Assembly (NCBI RefSeq): GCF_006345805.1
Contig: NC_042997.1
Span: 132,494,001-132,558,000 of the forward strand
Origin: Octopus sinensis
Taxonomy: Eukaryota
Length of the DNA stretch: 64,000 bases
Reading direction: 5' to 3'
Shown: one piece after another, positions 26,001 to 38,825 of the stretch
How the letters are laid out: every line of letters starts with the position of its first letter
Position numbering within the stretch: the stretch's first letter is position 1
The notes under the pieces: model-generated
Databases searched by the model: none
Seen by the model: only the letters and a program-made list of their open reading frames with translations
What the model was told of the DNA's origin: nothing
Program-made: the position numbers and the translations under genes

Positions 26001-29000
26001 AATAGCAGCTAAAGAAATTTCTTCAGCTATTTCTAATACTTAAAGAAGATCTCTCTTAGATAGTGTTTGCCTAAACCAACTCACAAAAGTATGGGGGAAA
26101 AAAACATTAAAAAATCAAGTGCAAAGGTTATTTGAGAACGTACGTTTCTAGATTAGTCAATTCGACATTTCTTCTTCAGCTCAGAATTCTTTGAATCGGA
26201 TTTGGGAACACTGAAAGTCGGGAGATACCCTTTCGGCTTCTAATCTCGAGAATTCTGCTCGAACTAAAAGTGCTATCAAATTCGAATATGCAAGCGAATA
26301 ATTTCTGCTCTCCCCTTTCCCAACCAAATTGAAAAACGTAATGTTTAAACGGATTGAAAAACACCGCAGCATTTAGCAGAGAGATGAATTATATTTCGCA
26401 AATTCAACAAAATTAGGGAAAATTATTAATTTAATCAATTTCACCAAGTATCAGTATTAAAGGAGATAGGCGAATCAAAACTTACATATATATAAGGGCT
26501 TAGTAAAATAAATTACTTTGCACCATACTGAACTCATTAGAAATAGCAGCTAAAGAAGAAATTTCTTCAGCTATTTCTAATACTTAAAGAAGATCTCTCT
26601 CAGATAGTGTTTGCCTAAACCAACTCACAAAAGTATGGGGGAAAAAACATTAAAAAATCAAGTGCAAAGGTTATTTGAGAACGTACGTTTCTAGATTAGT
26701 CAATTCGACGTTTCTTTCTTCAGCTCAGATTCCTTGAATCGGATTTGGGAACACTGAAAGTCGGGAGCATACCCTTTCGGCTTCTAATCACCTCTAGAAT
26801 TCTGCTCGAACTAAAAGTGCTATCAAATTCGAATATGCAAGCGAAGAATTTCTGCTCTCCCCTTTCCACCAGCGTGGGTTAAAATTGACAAACACCATGT
26901 ATTAACGGTGAAAACCGCAGCATTTAGCAGAGAGAGATGAATTATAATTTCAACAATTGAGGGTAAAATTAATTAATTATTAATCAATTTCACCAAGTAT
27001 TCAGTATGTAAAGGACCATTATAGGCGAATTCAAAATATTACATTATATATAAGGGCTTAGTAAAATAAATTACTTTGCCACATACTGAACTCATTAGAA
27101 ATAGCAGCTAAAGAAATTTCTTCAGCTATTTCTAATACTTAAAGAAGATCTCTCTCACATAGTGTTTGCCTAAACCACTCACAAAAGTATGGGGGAAAAA
27201 ACATTAAAAAATCAAGTGCAAAGTTATTTGAGAACGTACGTTTCTAGATTAGTCAATTCGACATTTCTTTCTTCAGCTCAGAATTCCTTGAATCGGATTT
27301 GGGAACACTGAAAGTCGGGAGCATACCCTTTCGGCTTCTAATCACCTCTAGAATTCTGCTCGAACTAAAAGTGCTATCAAATTCGAATATGCAAGCGAAG
27401 AATTTCTGCTCTCCCCTTTCACCAGCGTGGGTTAAAATTGACAAAACCATGTATTAACGGTGAAAACCGCAGCATTTAGCAGAGAGAGATGAATTATAAT
27501 TTCAACAATTGAGGGTAAAATTAATTATTATTAATCAATTTCACCAAGTATTCAGTATGTAAAGGGACCATTATAGGCGAATTCAAAATATTACATTATA
27601 TATAAGGGCTTAGTAAAATAAATTTCTTTGCCACATACTGAACTCATTAGAAATAGCAGCTAAAGAAATTTCTTCAGCTATTTCTAATACTTAAAGAAGA
27701 TCTCTCTCAGATAGTGTTTGCCTAACCAACTCACAAAAGTATGGGGGAAAAAACATTAAAAAATCAAGTGCAAAGGTTATTTGAGAACGTACGTTTCTAG
27801 ATTAGTCAATTCGACATTTCTTTCTTCAGCTCAGAATTCCTTGAATCGGATTTGGGAACACTGAAAGTCGGGAGCATACCCTTTCGGCTTCTAATCACCT
27901 CTAGAATTCTGCTCGAACTAAAAGTGCTATCAAATTCGAATATGCAAACGAAGAATTTCTGCTCTCTCCCTTTCCACCAGCGTGGGTTAAAATTGACAAG
28001 CACCATGTATTAACGGTGAAAACCGCAGCATTTAGCAGAGAAGATGAATTATAATTTCAACAATTGAGGGTAAAATTAATTAATTATTAATCATTTCACC
28101 AAGTTTCAGTATGTAAAGGGACCATTATAGGCGAATTCAAAATATTACCTTATATATAGGTCTTAGTAAAATAAATTACTTTGCCACATACTGAACTCAT
28201 TAGAAATAGCAGCTAAAGAAATTTCTTCAGCTATTTCTAATACTTAAAGAAGATCTCTCTTAGATAGTGTTTGCCTAAACCAACTCACAAAAGTATGGGG
28301 GAAAAAACATTAAAAAATCAAGTGCAAAGGTTATTTGAGAACGTACGTTTCTAGATTAGTCAATTCGACATTTCTTTCTTCAGCTCAGAATTCCTTGAAT
28401 CGGATTTGGAACACTGAAAGTCGGGAGCATACCCTTTCGGCTTCTAATCACCTCTAGAATTCTGCTCGAACTAAAAGTGCTATCAAATTCGAATATGCAA
28501 GCGAATAATTTCTGCTCTCCCCTTTCCACCAGCGTGGGTTAAAATTGACAAACACCATGTATTAACGGTGAAAACCGCAGCATTTAGCAGAGAGAGATAA
28601 TTATAATTTCAACAATTGAGGGAAAATTAATTAATTATTAATCAATTTCACCAAGTATTCAGTATGTAAAGGGACCATTATAGGCGAATTCAAAATATTA
28701 CATTATATATAAGGGCTTAGTAAAATAAATTACTTTGCCACATACTGAACTCATTAGAAATAGCAGCTAAAGAAATTTCTTCAGCTATTTCTAATACTTA
28801 AAGAAGATCTCTCTCAGATAGTGTTTGCCTAAACCAACTCACAAAAGTATGGGGGAAAAAACATTAAAAAATCAAGTGCAAAGGTTATTTGAGAACGTAC
28901 GTTTCTAGATTAGTCAATTCGACATTTCTTTCTTCAGCTCAGAATTCCTTGAATCGGATTTGGGAACACTGAAAGTCGGGAGCATACCCTTTCGGCTTCT

Positions 29001-30554
29001 AATCACTCTAGAATTCTGCTCGAACTAAAAGTGCTATCAAATTCGAATATGCAAGCGAAGAATTTCTGCTCTCCCCTTTCCACCAGCGTGGGTTAAAATT
29101 GACAACACCATGTATTAACGGTGAAAACCGCAGCATTTAGCAGAGAGAGATGAATTATAATTTCAACAATTGAGGGTAAAATTAATTATTATTAATCATT
29201 TCACCAAGTATTCAGTATGTAAAGGGACCATTATAGGCGAATTCAAAATATTACATTATATATAAGGGCTTAGTAAAATAAATTACTTTGCCACATACTG
29301 AACTCATTAGAAATAGCAGCTAAAAAATTTCTTCAGCTATTTCTAATACTTAAAGAAGATCTCTCTCAGATAGTGTTTGCCTAAACCACTCACAAAAGTA
29401 TGGGGGAAAAAACATTAAAAAATCAGTGCAAAGGTTATTTGAGAACGTACGTTTCTAGATTAGTCAATTCGACATTTCTTTCTTCAGCTCAGAATTCCTT
29501 GAATCGGATTTGGGAACACTGAAAGTCGGGAGCATACCCTTTCGGCTTCTAATCACCTCTAGAATTTTGCTCGAACTAAAAGTGCTATCAAATTCGAATA
29601 TGCAAGCGAAGAATTTCTGTTCTCCCCTTTCCACCACGTGGGTTAAAATTGACAAACACCATGTATTAACGGTGAAAACGCAGCATTTAGCAGAGAGAGA
29701 TGAATTATAATTTCAACAATTGAGGGTAAAATTAATTAATTATTAATCAATTTCACCAAGTATTCAGTATGTAAAGGGACCATTATAGGCGAATTCAAAA
29801 TATTACATTATATATAAGGGCTTAGTAAAATAAATTACTTTGCCACATACTGAACTCATTAGAAATAGCAGCTAAAGAAATTTCTTCAGCTATTTCTAAT
29901 ACTTAAAGAAGATCTCTCTCAGATAGTGTTTGCCTAAACCAACTCACAAAAGTATGGGGGAAAAAACATTAAAAAATCAAGTGCAAAGGTTATTTGAGAA
30001 CGTACGTTTCTAGATTAGTCAATTCGACATTTCTTTCTTTCTTCAGCTCAGAATTCCTTGAATCGGATTTGGGAACACTGAAAGTCGGGAGCATACCCTT
30101 TCGGCTTCTAATCACCTCTAGAATTCTGCTCGAACTAAAAGTGCTATCAAATTCGAATATGCAAGCGAAGAATTTCTGCTCTCCCCTTTCCACCAGCGTG
30201 GGTTAAAATTGACAAACACCATGTATTAACGGTGAAAACCGCAGCATTTAGCAGAGAGATGAATTATAATTTCAACAATTGAGGGTAAAATTAATTAATT
30301 ATTAATCAATTTCACCAAGTATTCAGTATGTAAAGGGACCATTATAGGCGAATTCAAAATATTACATTATATATAAGGGCTTAGTAAAATAAATTACTTT
30401 GCCACATACTGAACTCATTAGAAATAGCAGCTAAAGAAATTTCTTCAGCTATTTCTAATACTTAAAGAAGATCTCTCTCAGATAGTGTTTGCCTAAACCA
30501 ACTCACAAAAGTATGGGGGAAAAAACATTAAAAAATCAAGTGCAAAGGTTATTT
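23071..30554 (-). repeat. Tandem array of ~553-bp hammerhead-bearing units, left arm (~13.5 units)
   Basis: Unit starts (ttcaac..ttgaggg) at about 23071, 23626, 24182, 24735, 25298, 25852, 26403, 26949, 27501, 28056, 28608, 29162, 29712, 30271. Strand given is the ribozyme-sense strand. Confidence 0.95.
23349..23407 (-). ncRNA. Minimal type I hammerhead ribozyme motif (first of ~13 in the left arm)
   Basis: Minus strand TGAG-CTGAAGA-[stem II]-GAAA-CGTACG-TT-CTCA: stem I TGAG/CTCA, core CUGANGA and GAAA, palindromic stem III ACGTACGT, cleavage triplet GUU. Confidence 0.7.
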
Positions 30555-32366
30555 CCCCCATACTTTTGTGAGTTGGTTTAGGCAAACACTATGTGAGAGA
30601 GATCTTCTTTAAGTATTAGAAATAGCTGAAGAAATGTCTTTAGCTGCTATTTCTAATGAGTTCAGTATGTGGCAAAGTAATTTATTTTACTAAGCCCTTA
30701 TATATAATGTAATATTTTGAATTCGCCTATAATGGTCCCTTTACATACTGAATACTTGGTGAAATTGATTAATAATTAATTAATTTTACCCTCAATTGTT
30801 GAAATTATAATTCATCTCTCTCTGCTAAATGCTGCGGTTTTCACCGTTAATACATGGTGTTTGTCAATTTTAACCCACGCTGGTGGAAATGGGAGAGCAG
30901 AAATTCTTCGCTTGCATATTCGAATTTGATAGCACTTTTTGTTCGAGCAGAATTCTAGAGGTGATTAGAAGCCGAAAGGGTATGCTCCCGACTTTCAGTG
31001 TTCCCAAATTCGATTCAAGGAATTCTGAGCTGAAGAAAGAAATGTCGAATTGACTAATCTAGAAACGTACGTTCTCAAATAACCTTTGCACTTGATTTTT
31101 TAATGTTTTTTCCCCATACTTTTGTGAGTTGGTTTAGGCAAACACTATCTGAGAGAGATCGTCTTTAAGTATTAGAAATAGCTGAAGAAATTTCTTTAGC
31201 TGCTATTTCTAATGAGTTCAGTATGTGGCAAAGTAATTTATTTTACTAAGCCCTTATATATAATGTAATATTTTGAATTCGCCTATAATGGTCCCTTTAC
31301 ATACTGAATACTTGGTGAAATTGATTAATAATTAATTAATTTTACCCTCAATTGTTGAAATTATAATTCATCTCTCTCTGCTAAATGCTGCGGTTTTCAC
31401 CGTTAATACATGGTGTTTGTCAATTTTAACCCACGCTGGTGGAAAGGGGAGAGCAGAAATTCTTCGCTTGCATATTCGAATTTGATAGCACTTTTAGTTC
31501 GAGCAGAATTCTAGAGGTGATTAGAAGCCGAAAGGGTATGCTCCCGACTTTCAGTGTTCCCAAATCCGATTCAAGGAATTCTGAGCTGAAGAAAGAAATG
31601 TCGAATTGACTAATCTAGAAACGTACGTTCTCAAATAACCTTTGCACTTGATTTTTTAATCTTTTTTCCCCATACTTTTGTGAGTTGGTTTAGGCAAACA
31701 CTATCTGAGAGAGATCGTCTTTAAGTATTAGAAATAGCTGAAGAAATTTCTTTAGCTGCTATTTCTAATGAGTTCAGTATGTGGCAAAGTAATTTATTTT
31801 ACTAAGCCCTTATATATAATGTAATATTTTGAATTCGCCTATAATGGTCCCTTTACATACTGAATACTTGGTGAAATTGATTAATAATTAATTAATTTTA
31901 CCCTCAATTGTTGAAATTATAATTCATCTCTCTCTGCTAAATGCTGCGGTTTTCACCGTTAATACATGGTGTTTGTCAATTTTAACCCACGCTGGTGGAA
32001 AGGGGAGAGCAGAAATTCTTCGCTTGCATATTCGAATTTGATAGCACTTTTAGTTCGAGCAGAATTCTAGAGGTGATTAGAAGCCGAAAGGGTATGCTCC
32101 CAACTTTCAGTGTTCCCAAATCCGATTCAAGGAATTCTGAGCTGAAGAAAGAAATGTCGAATTGACTAATCTAGAAACGTACGTTCTCAAATAACCTTTG
32201 CACTTGATTTTTTAATGTTTTTTCCCCATACTTTTGTGAGTTGGTTTAGGCAAACACTATCTGAGAGAGATCTTCTTTAAGTATTAGAAATAGCTGAAGA
32301 AATTTCTTTAGCTGCTATTTCTAATGAGTTCAGTATGTGGCAAAGTAATTTATTTTACTAAGCCCT

Positions 32367-32376
<10 letters not shown>
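30552..32376 (+). repeat. Inverted right arm of the same array (~3.3 units)
   Basis: Reverse complement of the unit; starts tttcccccatac at the junction and ends aagcccttatatataat into (TA)n. Confidence 0.95.
31022..31080 (+). ncRNA. Minimal type I hammerhead ribozyme motif (further copies with core at 31586 and 32142)
   Basis: TGAG 31026-29, CTGAAGA 31030-36, stem II AGA..GTC gaatt GAC..TCT, GAAA 31062-65, ACGTACGT 31065-72, predicted cleavage after 31073, CTCA 31074-77. Confidence 0.7.
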
Positions 32377-32404
<28 letters not shown>

Positions 32405-32407
<3 letters not shown>

Positions 32408-32519
32408 TTATTTGAAGGAATAAAATCCAAACTTACAAGGAAAAAATTTCACCTTTTATTCAATTACTAATTTGAATTTTTTCCTTGTAAATTTGGATTT
32501 TATTCCCTCAAATAATAAT
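32405..32519. repeat. Fold-back inverted repeat (MITE-like)
   Basis: ttattatttgaaggaataaaatccaaacttacaaggaaaaaatt versus aattttttccttgtaaatttggattttattccctcaaataataa. Confidence 0.8.
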
Positions 32520-32524
32520 AATAA

Positions 32525-32810
32525 TAATAATAATAATAATCTAAAATCTAAAAACAGAAACAATTCCTATCATAGTAGGTGCATTAGGCATGATAAAAAA
32601 ATATTCAGACAAATACATAACAAAAACACCAGGACTTACAAACCCATATAACATACAGAAAATTGCACTACTAGTCACTGCACACATCCTACGCAGAACA
32701 CTTTCCATACAATAACCATCAGAGCATCACAACAAATCACAGCACATACCTAAGGCACACAGAGCTGCGCTCGGTAGTGAAGTGAAAGCACGCTATAAAA
32801 AATAAAACTA

Positions 32811-32815
<5 letters not shown>
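32525..32815 (+). pseudogene. R4/Dong-like 3' end between (TAA)n runs; same family as 6535-7290
   Basis: LKTETIPIIVGALGMIKKYSDKYITKTPGLTNPYNIQKIALLVTAHILRRTLSIQ*; 3' UTR matches 7200-7290. Confidence 0.85.
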
Positions 32816-32850
<35 letters not shown>

Positions 32851-32952
32851 TAATAATAATATAATAATAATAATAAATGATAAATTCTGCCCTAGGTGTA
32901 TGGAAAACACTCGGCGAGAAACGGAAGAAAATTTGAAGAAAGAAGGAAAAAC

Positions 32953-33064
<112 letters not shown>

Positions 33065-33074
33065 TATATATGAG

Positions 33075-33239
33075 GAAAATAAGACAAGGTAGAAAATGCT
33101 AAAATAATTTTATCATGAAGTACATTTTATTACCGGTTTCCGTCTTTTGGACTTTTTCGACTAGGAGTAACATATAAAAAAACCCAATTAAATTGGAGAA
33201 AAATATTAAGAGAAATGTTTTGTAAATATTTCCATAGTT

Positions 33240-33288
<49 letters not shown>

Positions 33289-33462
33289 GACTACTTAAAG
33301 ACTAATGGAAATATTTACAAAACATTTCACTTAAGTAGTTTCTCCAATTTAATTGTTTTTCTTATTCTACATTTGGTCGAAAATGTTTAAAAGACGGAAA
33401 CCGGTACTAAATTGAATTAGATGATAAAATTATTTTAGCATTTTCTCCCTTGTCTTATTTTC
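33075..33462. repeat. Fold-back element with long imperfect inverted arms around (GA)n
   Basis: gaaaataagacaagg..taccggtttccgtctttt..aaatatttccatagt versus aatggaaatattt..aaaagacggaaaccggta..ccttgtcttattttc. Confidence 0.85.
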
Positions 33463-33697
33463 TTTGTACATATCAACTCGTGTGTTACTTTCCTACCATC
33501 TACACACACACACACACACACACATGTGTACACATATATGTATACATATATACATGCATAAAAAAATATAAGTTACAGGTTATGCAACCGTCTAAGTGAT
33601 AAATATATCCGTAAGTACTATTGGTGTATTACCTCACTATGAATAGGCCTTGCTGTAGTTGGTAATTTAAATGGTAAACTGTGGATTAATATATTCA

Positions 33698-33905
33698 GAT
33701 AAAAAAATAAATGGAGCAACAATTAACAATTATAATTTGATCGTTGGTATTAAAAGGTCATAGTTTAATTGTGGTTCAAGAACATTTACAGCTGTTTCAA
33801 AATAGCAAACTGAAACAGCTGTAAATGTAATTGAATTACTATTAAGCTATGACCTTTTAATACCAATGATCAAATTATAATCGTTTCTCCATTTGTTTTC
33901 TTATC
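33698..33905. repeat. Fold-back element with a perfect 18-bp inner stem
   Basis: acatttacagctgtttca (33782-99) / tgaaacagctgtaaatgt (33811-28), plus outer arms attataatttgatc.ttggtattaaaaggtcatag and its complement. Confidence 0.85.
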
Positions 33906-33996
33906 TATATATATACAAATGCATACCATATATACATACATATATATGTGTACATATATATATGTATACGCATATATATATATATGTGCATATATG

Positions 33997-34049
<53 letters not shown>

Positions 34050-34234
34050 CACATGTATAATACATACACACATGCATATGTATGTACGTATGCATGTATG
34101 TATGTATGTATGTATGTATGTATGTATGTATGTATGTATGTATGTATGTATGTATGTATAGATCAACAGCGTACACTATCCATTGGGAGATAAATATTTA
34201 AAACATGAGTATTTAATGAACACATGATGCTTGT

Positions 34235-34400
34235 AATTGGGAAAATCGACTGGAGTCGATTGGTGGAGTTCTTAGATTATGAAAGAATTTGAGTTCGCTG
34301 AAGGAAGTCATATTCTCTTTAAATGTAAGAAATATACCAAACTCGTAATCAGAAATTTTGACAAGATGCATGCATCGTGACAAGTTTCTACTATTGTAGT
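34235..34400 (+). pseudogene. Possible Penelope-like GIY-YIG C-terminal relic
   Basis: Translation ...LKEVIFSLNVRNIPNS*SEILTRCMHRDKFLLL* resembles the PLE ending SE..S/TxCxHxxKFLL. Confidence 0.45.
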
Positions 34401-34620
34401 GGAGAACACTACCTTTCTCCGGATTAAGCAAACTTTAATCTTTCCCGAATGATTAGCCTACAACAACCATTGTTAATTTAATTTCCTAAGAACCAAAGGG
34501 TCACAAATCATATCTCCCTTCGCTCGAAGCTTTCCGTTTCTCGTTTTTCTCTTCTTTCATTTCTCATTCTTTCTCATTTTTTGTTTTCTGTGAGGGTAGC
34601 CATGTTCCTGTAGAGATAAA

Positions 34621-35033
34621 AATTTGTGTCCGCTAAATGGAGCTTGTATGACCGAGGCCATCATTTATGAAGCTACAGTGGGCTCTACAACCACTAAGGA
34701 CATAGTTTCATGAAAGAAATAAGTGGCTCTCACAGGGGGAAATTTTAAAGCCAGGTTCAACAATCACACCTTAAGCTTCAGACACTGGGATAAAAGAAAA
34801 CAAGCAAATTATCCATATGGTCCTTCAAAGAAAAAGGTGTCAGCTATAGGATTCACTGGAAGATCTTAGCCAAGACTAAACCTTAAACCAACGGCAGTGG
34901 AAAGTGCGGTCTTTGCGATATGGAAAAATGGCTAATCTGGAAAAGTTCTTTAGACCCCACTACATGTTTAAATTCAAGAACGGAACTTTTGGGGTCATGT
35001 CCATATGTAGCAAAACATTTGCTATGTTTTTGA
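34621..35033 (+). pseudogene. Penelope-like element GIY-YIG endonuclease remnant
   Basis: NLCPLNGACMTEAIIYEATV / FKARFNNHTLSFRH / IWSFKEKGVSYRIHWKILAKTKP*TNGSGKCGLCDMEK..LNSRTELLGSCPYVAKHLL; frameshifts and a stop. Confidence 0.8.
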
Positions 35034-35820
35034 ACCACCTAAGATGACAGATAAAACCTGCTTTTTATATTATGTCCACGTATAAACCTTTCATATGTCT
35101 TAAAATCTCTTATATATTTCTTACATATATTTTATTGCTTTATAGATTTTTTCTGCATATTATTTTTCAGCCTTTATAATTGTGTAACTTATATGCGTGT
35201 AGTATATATTTAATGTGTATGTGCGTGCATATATACATGTGTACGAATGATTGTATATATATACGAGTGCAAAACTCTACTTGTACTTGTTTCCTTCCTT
35301 CCTTCATACATATATGTATGTATATACGTTTATATATCTGCAGTTGTAGATGTGTTTGACAGACAGGAGCGTGTATTTATGTATATACATATATAACTCA
35401 TTCGTATATTCAAGTTTTGCGGCGAATGCGAATGTTTTATGGTTTATGTTTTTTTACGTATGTGTTTTTTATTTGTATATACGTCTATCCGTATATGTAT
35501 GTGCACGTTCGTATAGACTACATATTGTATATCCGCGTACGTATGTGTATGTGCGTATGGAGATGTGTATATGAACATAATGATGCGTGCGTTCTTTCGT
35601 ATGTGTTTTTATTTGTATATACGTTTATCCGCATATGTATATGCATGTGCGTAGAAACTACGTTATGTATTTCCACGTATGTATGTGTGTGTGCGAGTAG
35701 AGATGTATATATGAGCGTAGTGATGAGTGCATGGGTATATATGCGTGTGTATGTGTGTGCATGCGTAGACATATATATGTATATATGTGTGTTTGTATGT
35801 ATATGTACACGCGTGTGTGA

Positions 35821-35898
<78 letters not shown>

Positions 35899-36064
35899 AT
35901 GTACATACATACATGTGTGTGTGTGTGCTTCCATGTATGCGTGTGTGTATATGTGTGAATATGCTGATTCTAAGAACGAAGTTTTACTTTCTTCATGCCT
36001 ATTGGAATAATTTCCCTTTATTCAACGGTTTTTCTTCATAGCGTTTTTGTCTTAATAACTGGTC

Positions 36065-36100
36065 ATCCATCCATCCATCCACCCGTCCGTGCGTCCGTTC

Positions 36101-36134
<34 letters not shown>

Positions 36135-36145
36135 ATGTCTGTCTG

Positions 36146-36188
<43 letters not shown>

Positions 36189-36193
36189 GTCTG

Positions 36194-36280
<87 letters not shown>

Positions 36281-36285
36281 GCCTG
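36065..36285. repeat. Compound tetranucleotide microsatellite (ATCC)/(GTCT)/(ATCT)n
   Basis: Directly visible. Confidence 0.95.
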
Positions 36286-37554
36286 TCTGCAAGGGAAAGG
36301 GTGACTATGGCTTTGTACTAGAAACTTGAAAATAGGAATTTAATATTGATATAAGCTCTACAAATGCCAAACAATATTTAGAGGAGAAGGAGATCATATT
36401 TCAAAATATACAAGTGCAGTTTGAAAGTATATTTCATTCCATTTTCGTACGATTGCTAATAAACAAAAATAAAAACGAAAAATTTATCGGAGTCTTAGAA
36501 TGGTATTATAACTAAATAAATTTGCATCGGTAGACGATTATTGCAATAATAGAATGTAAATGGCAAAATTTATTCAGTATATAAAATTCTTGAATGAATA
36601 AATTTCAAACATTCTCAGACGTAAAGGAGATCCGATTTCAAAATGCATAGTGGGAGATGGTCGGTTGAAATTATATTAGATATTCTCTTTTCGTGTGGTA
36701 GTTAATAAACGAAAACAATCTCAATCGTAGAAAGGCCTTATAAATAAACAAATTTGCCTGGACAGACAATGATTACAAGCGTATATTTTCATGATTGGTA
36801 TACGTAAGGGAGCTAAATGTACGAAATTAGAGAATATTAAATATATTTATGTATATAATGCATTTAAATATAAACAGTATGTATGTTGAATATAAATTAT
36901 ATATTATATTTAACAAAGGGTAAGTTCTTAATGTAACACGGAAAAGAATAAACATTTCCTCCTTGACAAAAAGAGTCAGTGAACAAATATAATACAATAA
37001 AAGACAAAAACATCTTGGACGATGTTGGTTTCATATTTCAAGAATCATTAACGGGAAACAGATCGATAATCAAAGGCAGACGGCAAAATTATTCAGTATA
37101 TAAAATTCCTTGAATGCATAGAAATTCAAAGTTTTCCAAACACGAACAATTTTAGATTCCCAATTATTCTGATAAGTGTTTAAGACACCTTGTTCCTTTT
37201 GACGTGAACAATAAGCAAATTTGCATCGAAAAGTGGTTAATGCGATTATCTAAGACAGACGGTAAAAAATTCAATATACAAGTTTCTTGAAATTTCAAAC
37301 TTGGAGAAATCCGATTTTAAAACATATTGGTGATATTGAAGGTATATTTAATTCTTTTTATGAATATTTTGTATACCTATATTTTGTATATCTTTGACAC
37401 AAATAAAATAATTATTTTCTATTTTATTGCACTGAGACCTACCATTTTTAAATATATAATTTTCAATATATATGCAATATAAGTGTCACCAATATTTCGA
37501 TGTTCGATGTATCATATATGAATGCACATATAGACATATGTATGTAGGAGGTAC

Positions 37555-37690
37555 GTTCAAAAAGTAACCGAGTTTATTTTTCCCCGCCAAACTAATGCCA
37601 CGTGGACAAAATCCTCCAGATGGGATGTGATGCCACATGCTTGAAAATTTTCACGCCGATAGGCTGCATCATTCCCCGGCTGATACGGCT
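37555..37690. mobile_element. Possible mariner-like terminal fragment
   Basis: gaggtacgttcaaaaagtaaccgag resembles mariner TIRs; no second TIR found. Confidence 0.3.
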
Positions 37691-37764
37691 AGAGTACAGA
37701 CATATAACACATTTGTGTATTGTCAAATATGTTATATAAATTTATAATAAATGTATATTGGTTT

Positions 37765-37935
37765 CGAATGTTGGCACAAGGCCAGTAATTTCAAGGGCGG
37801 GGTTAAAACAATTACACTGACCCCAGGGTTAAACTGGTACATATTTTATCGACCCCGAAATGTAAGGTAAAGTTGACCTCGGCGGAATTTGAACTCAGAA
37901 TGTAAAGACGGAACGAAATGCTGCTAAGCATTTCT
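37765..37935 (-). mobile_element. SINE family B, partial
   Basis: gttgacctcggcggaatttgaactcagaa, the reverse complement of the B-box region. Confidence 0.75.
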
Positions 37936-38439
37936 TGAAATATAAACCATCATTCTTCTACAAATATAATCTATATTTCTAAGAATAGAACAAAGCTACA
38001 GTTTTGTGTAGAGGTTATTGTCAACCTCATTATTTGACAGGAATACATTTTATCGCCCCCTGAACAGTGAAGGGCAATGATAGCTTCAGTCCGATTGAAA
38101 GACAATATGTAAGCAACCGGTGCTTTAACGATTCTACGAATCCACAATAATATCCAACGAATAACATATTTCTTATCTGCAGTCTAATACGACATCCGTT
38201 GTGAGGTTTAAATGTACAATTTAGAAGGATGGAGTATGTTACTTTACTGAGATCTGCCATGAGCCCTAGGATACCAAAAACCCGACTTGAAACGCTTTCT
38301 GTATCATGTAAGATCACAAAACTGAGATCACAAGACTCCCCTATGAATGAGACGCCGGTAAGTTGCAAAGGTACCTTCCCAGGTACTATTGGAACTCATA
38401 TTCAGTTCAGCTGACTGAAAAAGTAGCGGGGCTACAGTA

Positions 38440-38822
38440 TTCTTTTATTCTTTTACTTGTTTCAGTCATTAAACGGCGATCATGCTGGGGCACCGCATTG
38501 AAGAATTTTTAGTAGGATGAATTGACCCCAGCACTTACATTTATTTATTTATTTATTTTTAAAGCCCGGTACTTATTCTATCGGCCTCTTTGCCGAACCA
38601 CTGTATTCCGGGGACATAAACAACCTAATATCGGTTGTCAAGCGGCGGTAAGGGACGAACACACACACATACACACACACAAATACATATATATATGCAG
38701 TGTATAACTACACACAACTGGCCTCTTTCCGTCTACCAAATCCCGAGGTTATAGTAGAAGACACTTGTGCAAGGTGCCAAGCAGTGGTACTGAACCCGGA
38801 ACCATATGTTTGGGAAGCAAGC
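38440..38822 (-). mobile_element. SINE family A, degenerate
   Basis: Tail ttacttgtttcagtcatt..catgctggggcaccgc and head gtactgaacccggaaccat. Confidence 0.75.
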
Positions 38823-38825
38823 TTC

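Noticed and set aside
25850-26950. Locally higher divergence of array units 6-7
   Set aside because: The pattern is mostly homopolymer and single-base indels, typical of low-coverage long-read consensus error.
24483-30206. Repeated 60-70 aa ORFs in the array (EQKFFACIFEFDST...)
   Set aside because: Starts and frames vary between units through indels, there is no domain similarity, and they are by-products of the non-coding repeat.
23071-30554. CRISPR-like or rDNA/5S tandem array interpretation
   Set aside because: Units are near-identical over their whole length with no spacers, and show no rRNA, tRNA or snRNA similarity that I can recognise.
34213-34431. Minus-strand 72-aa ORF as a host exon
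   Set aside because: The opposite strand better matches a Penelope endonuclease C-terminus.
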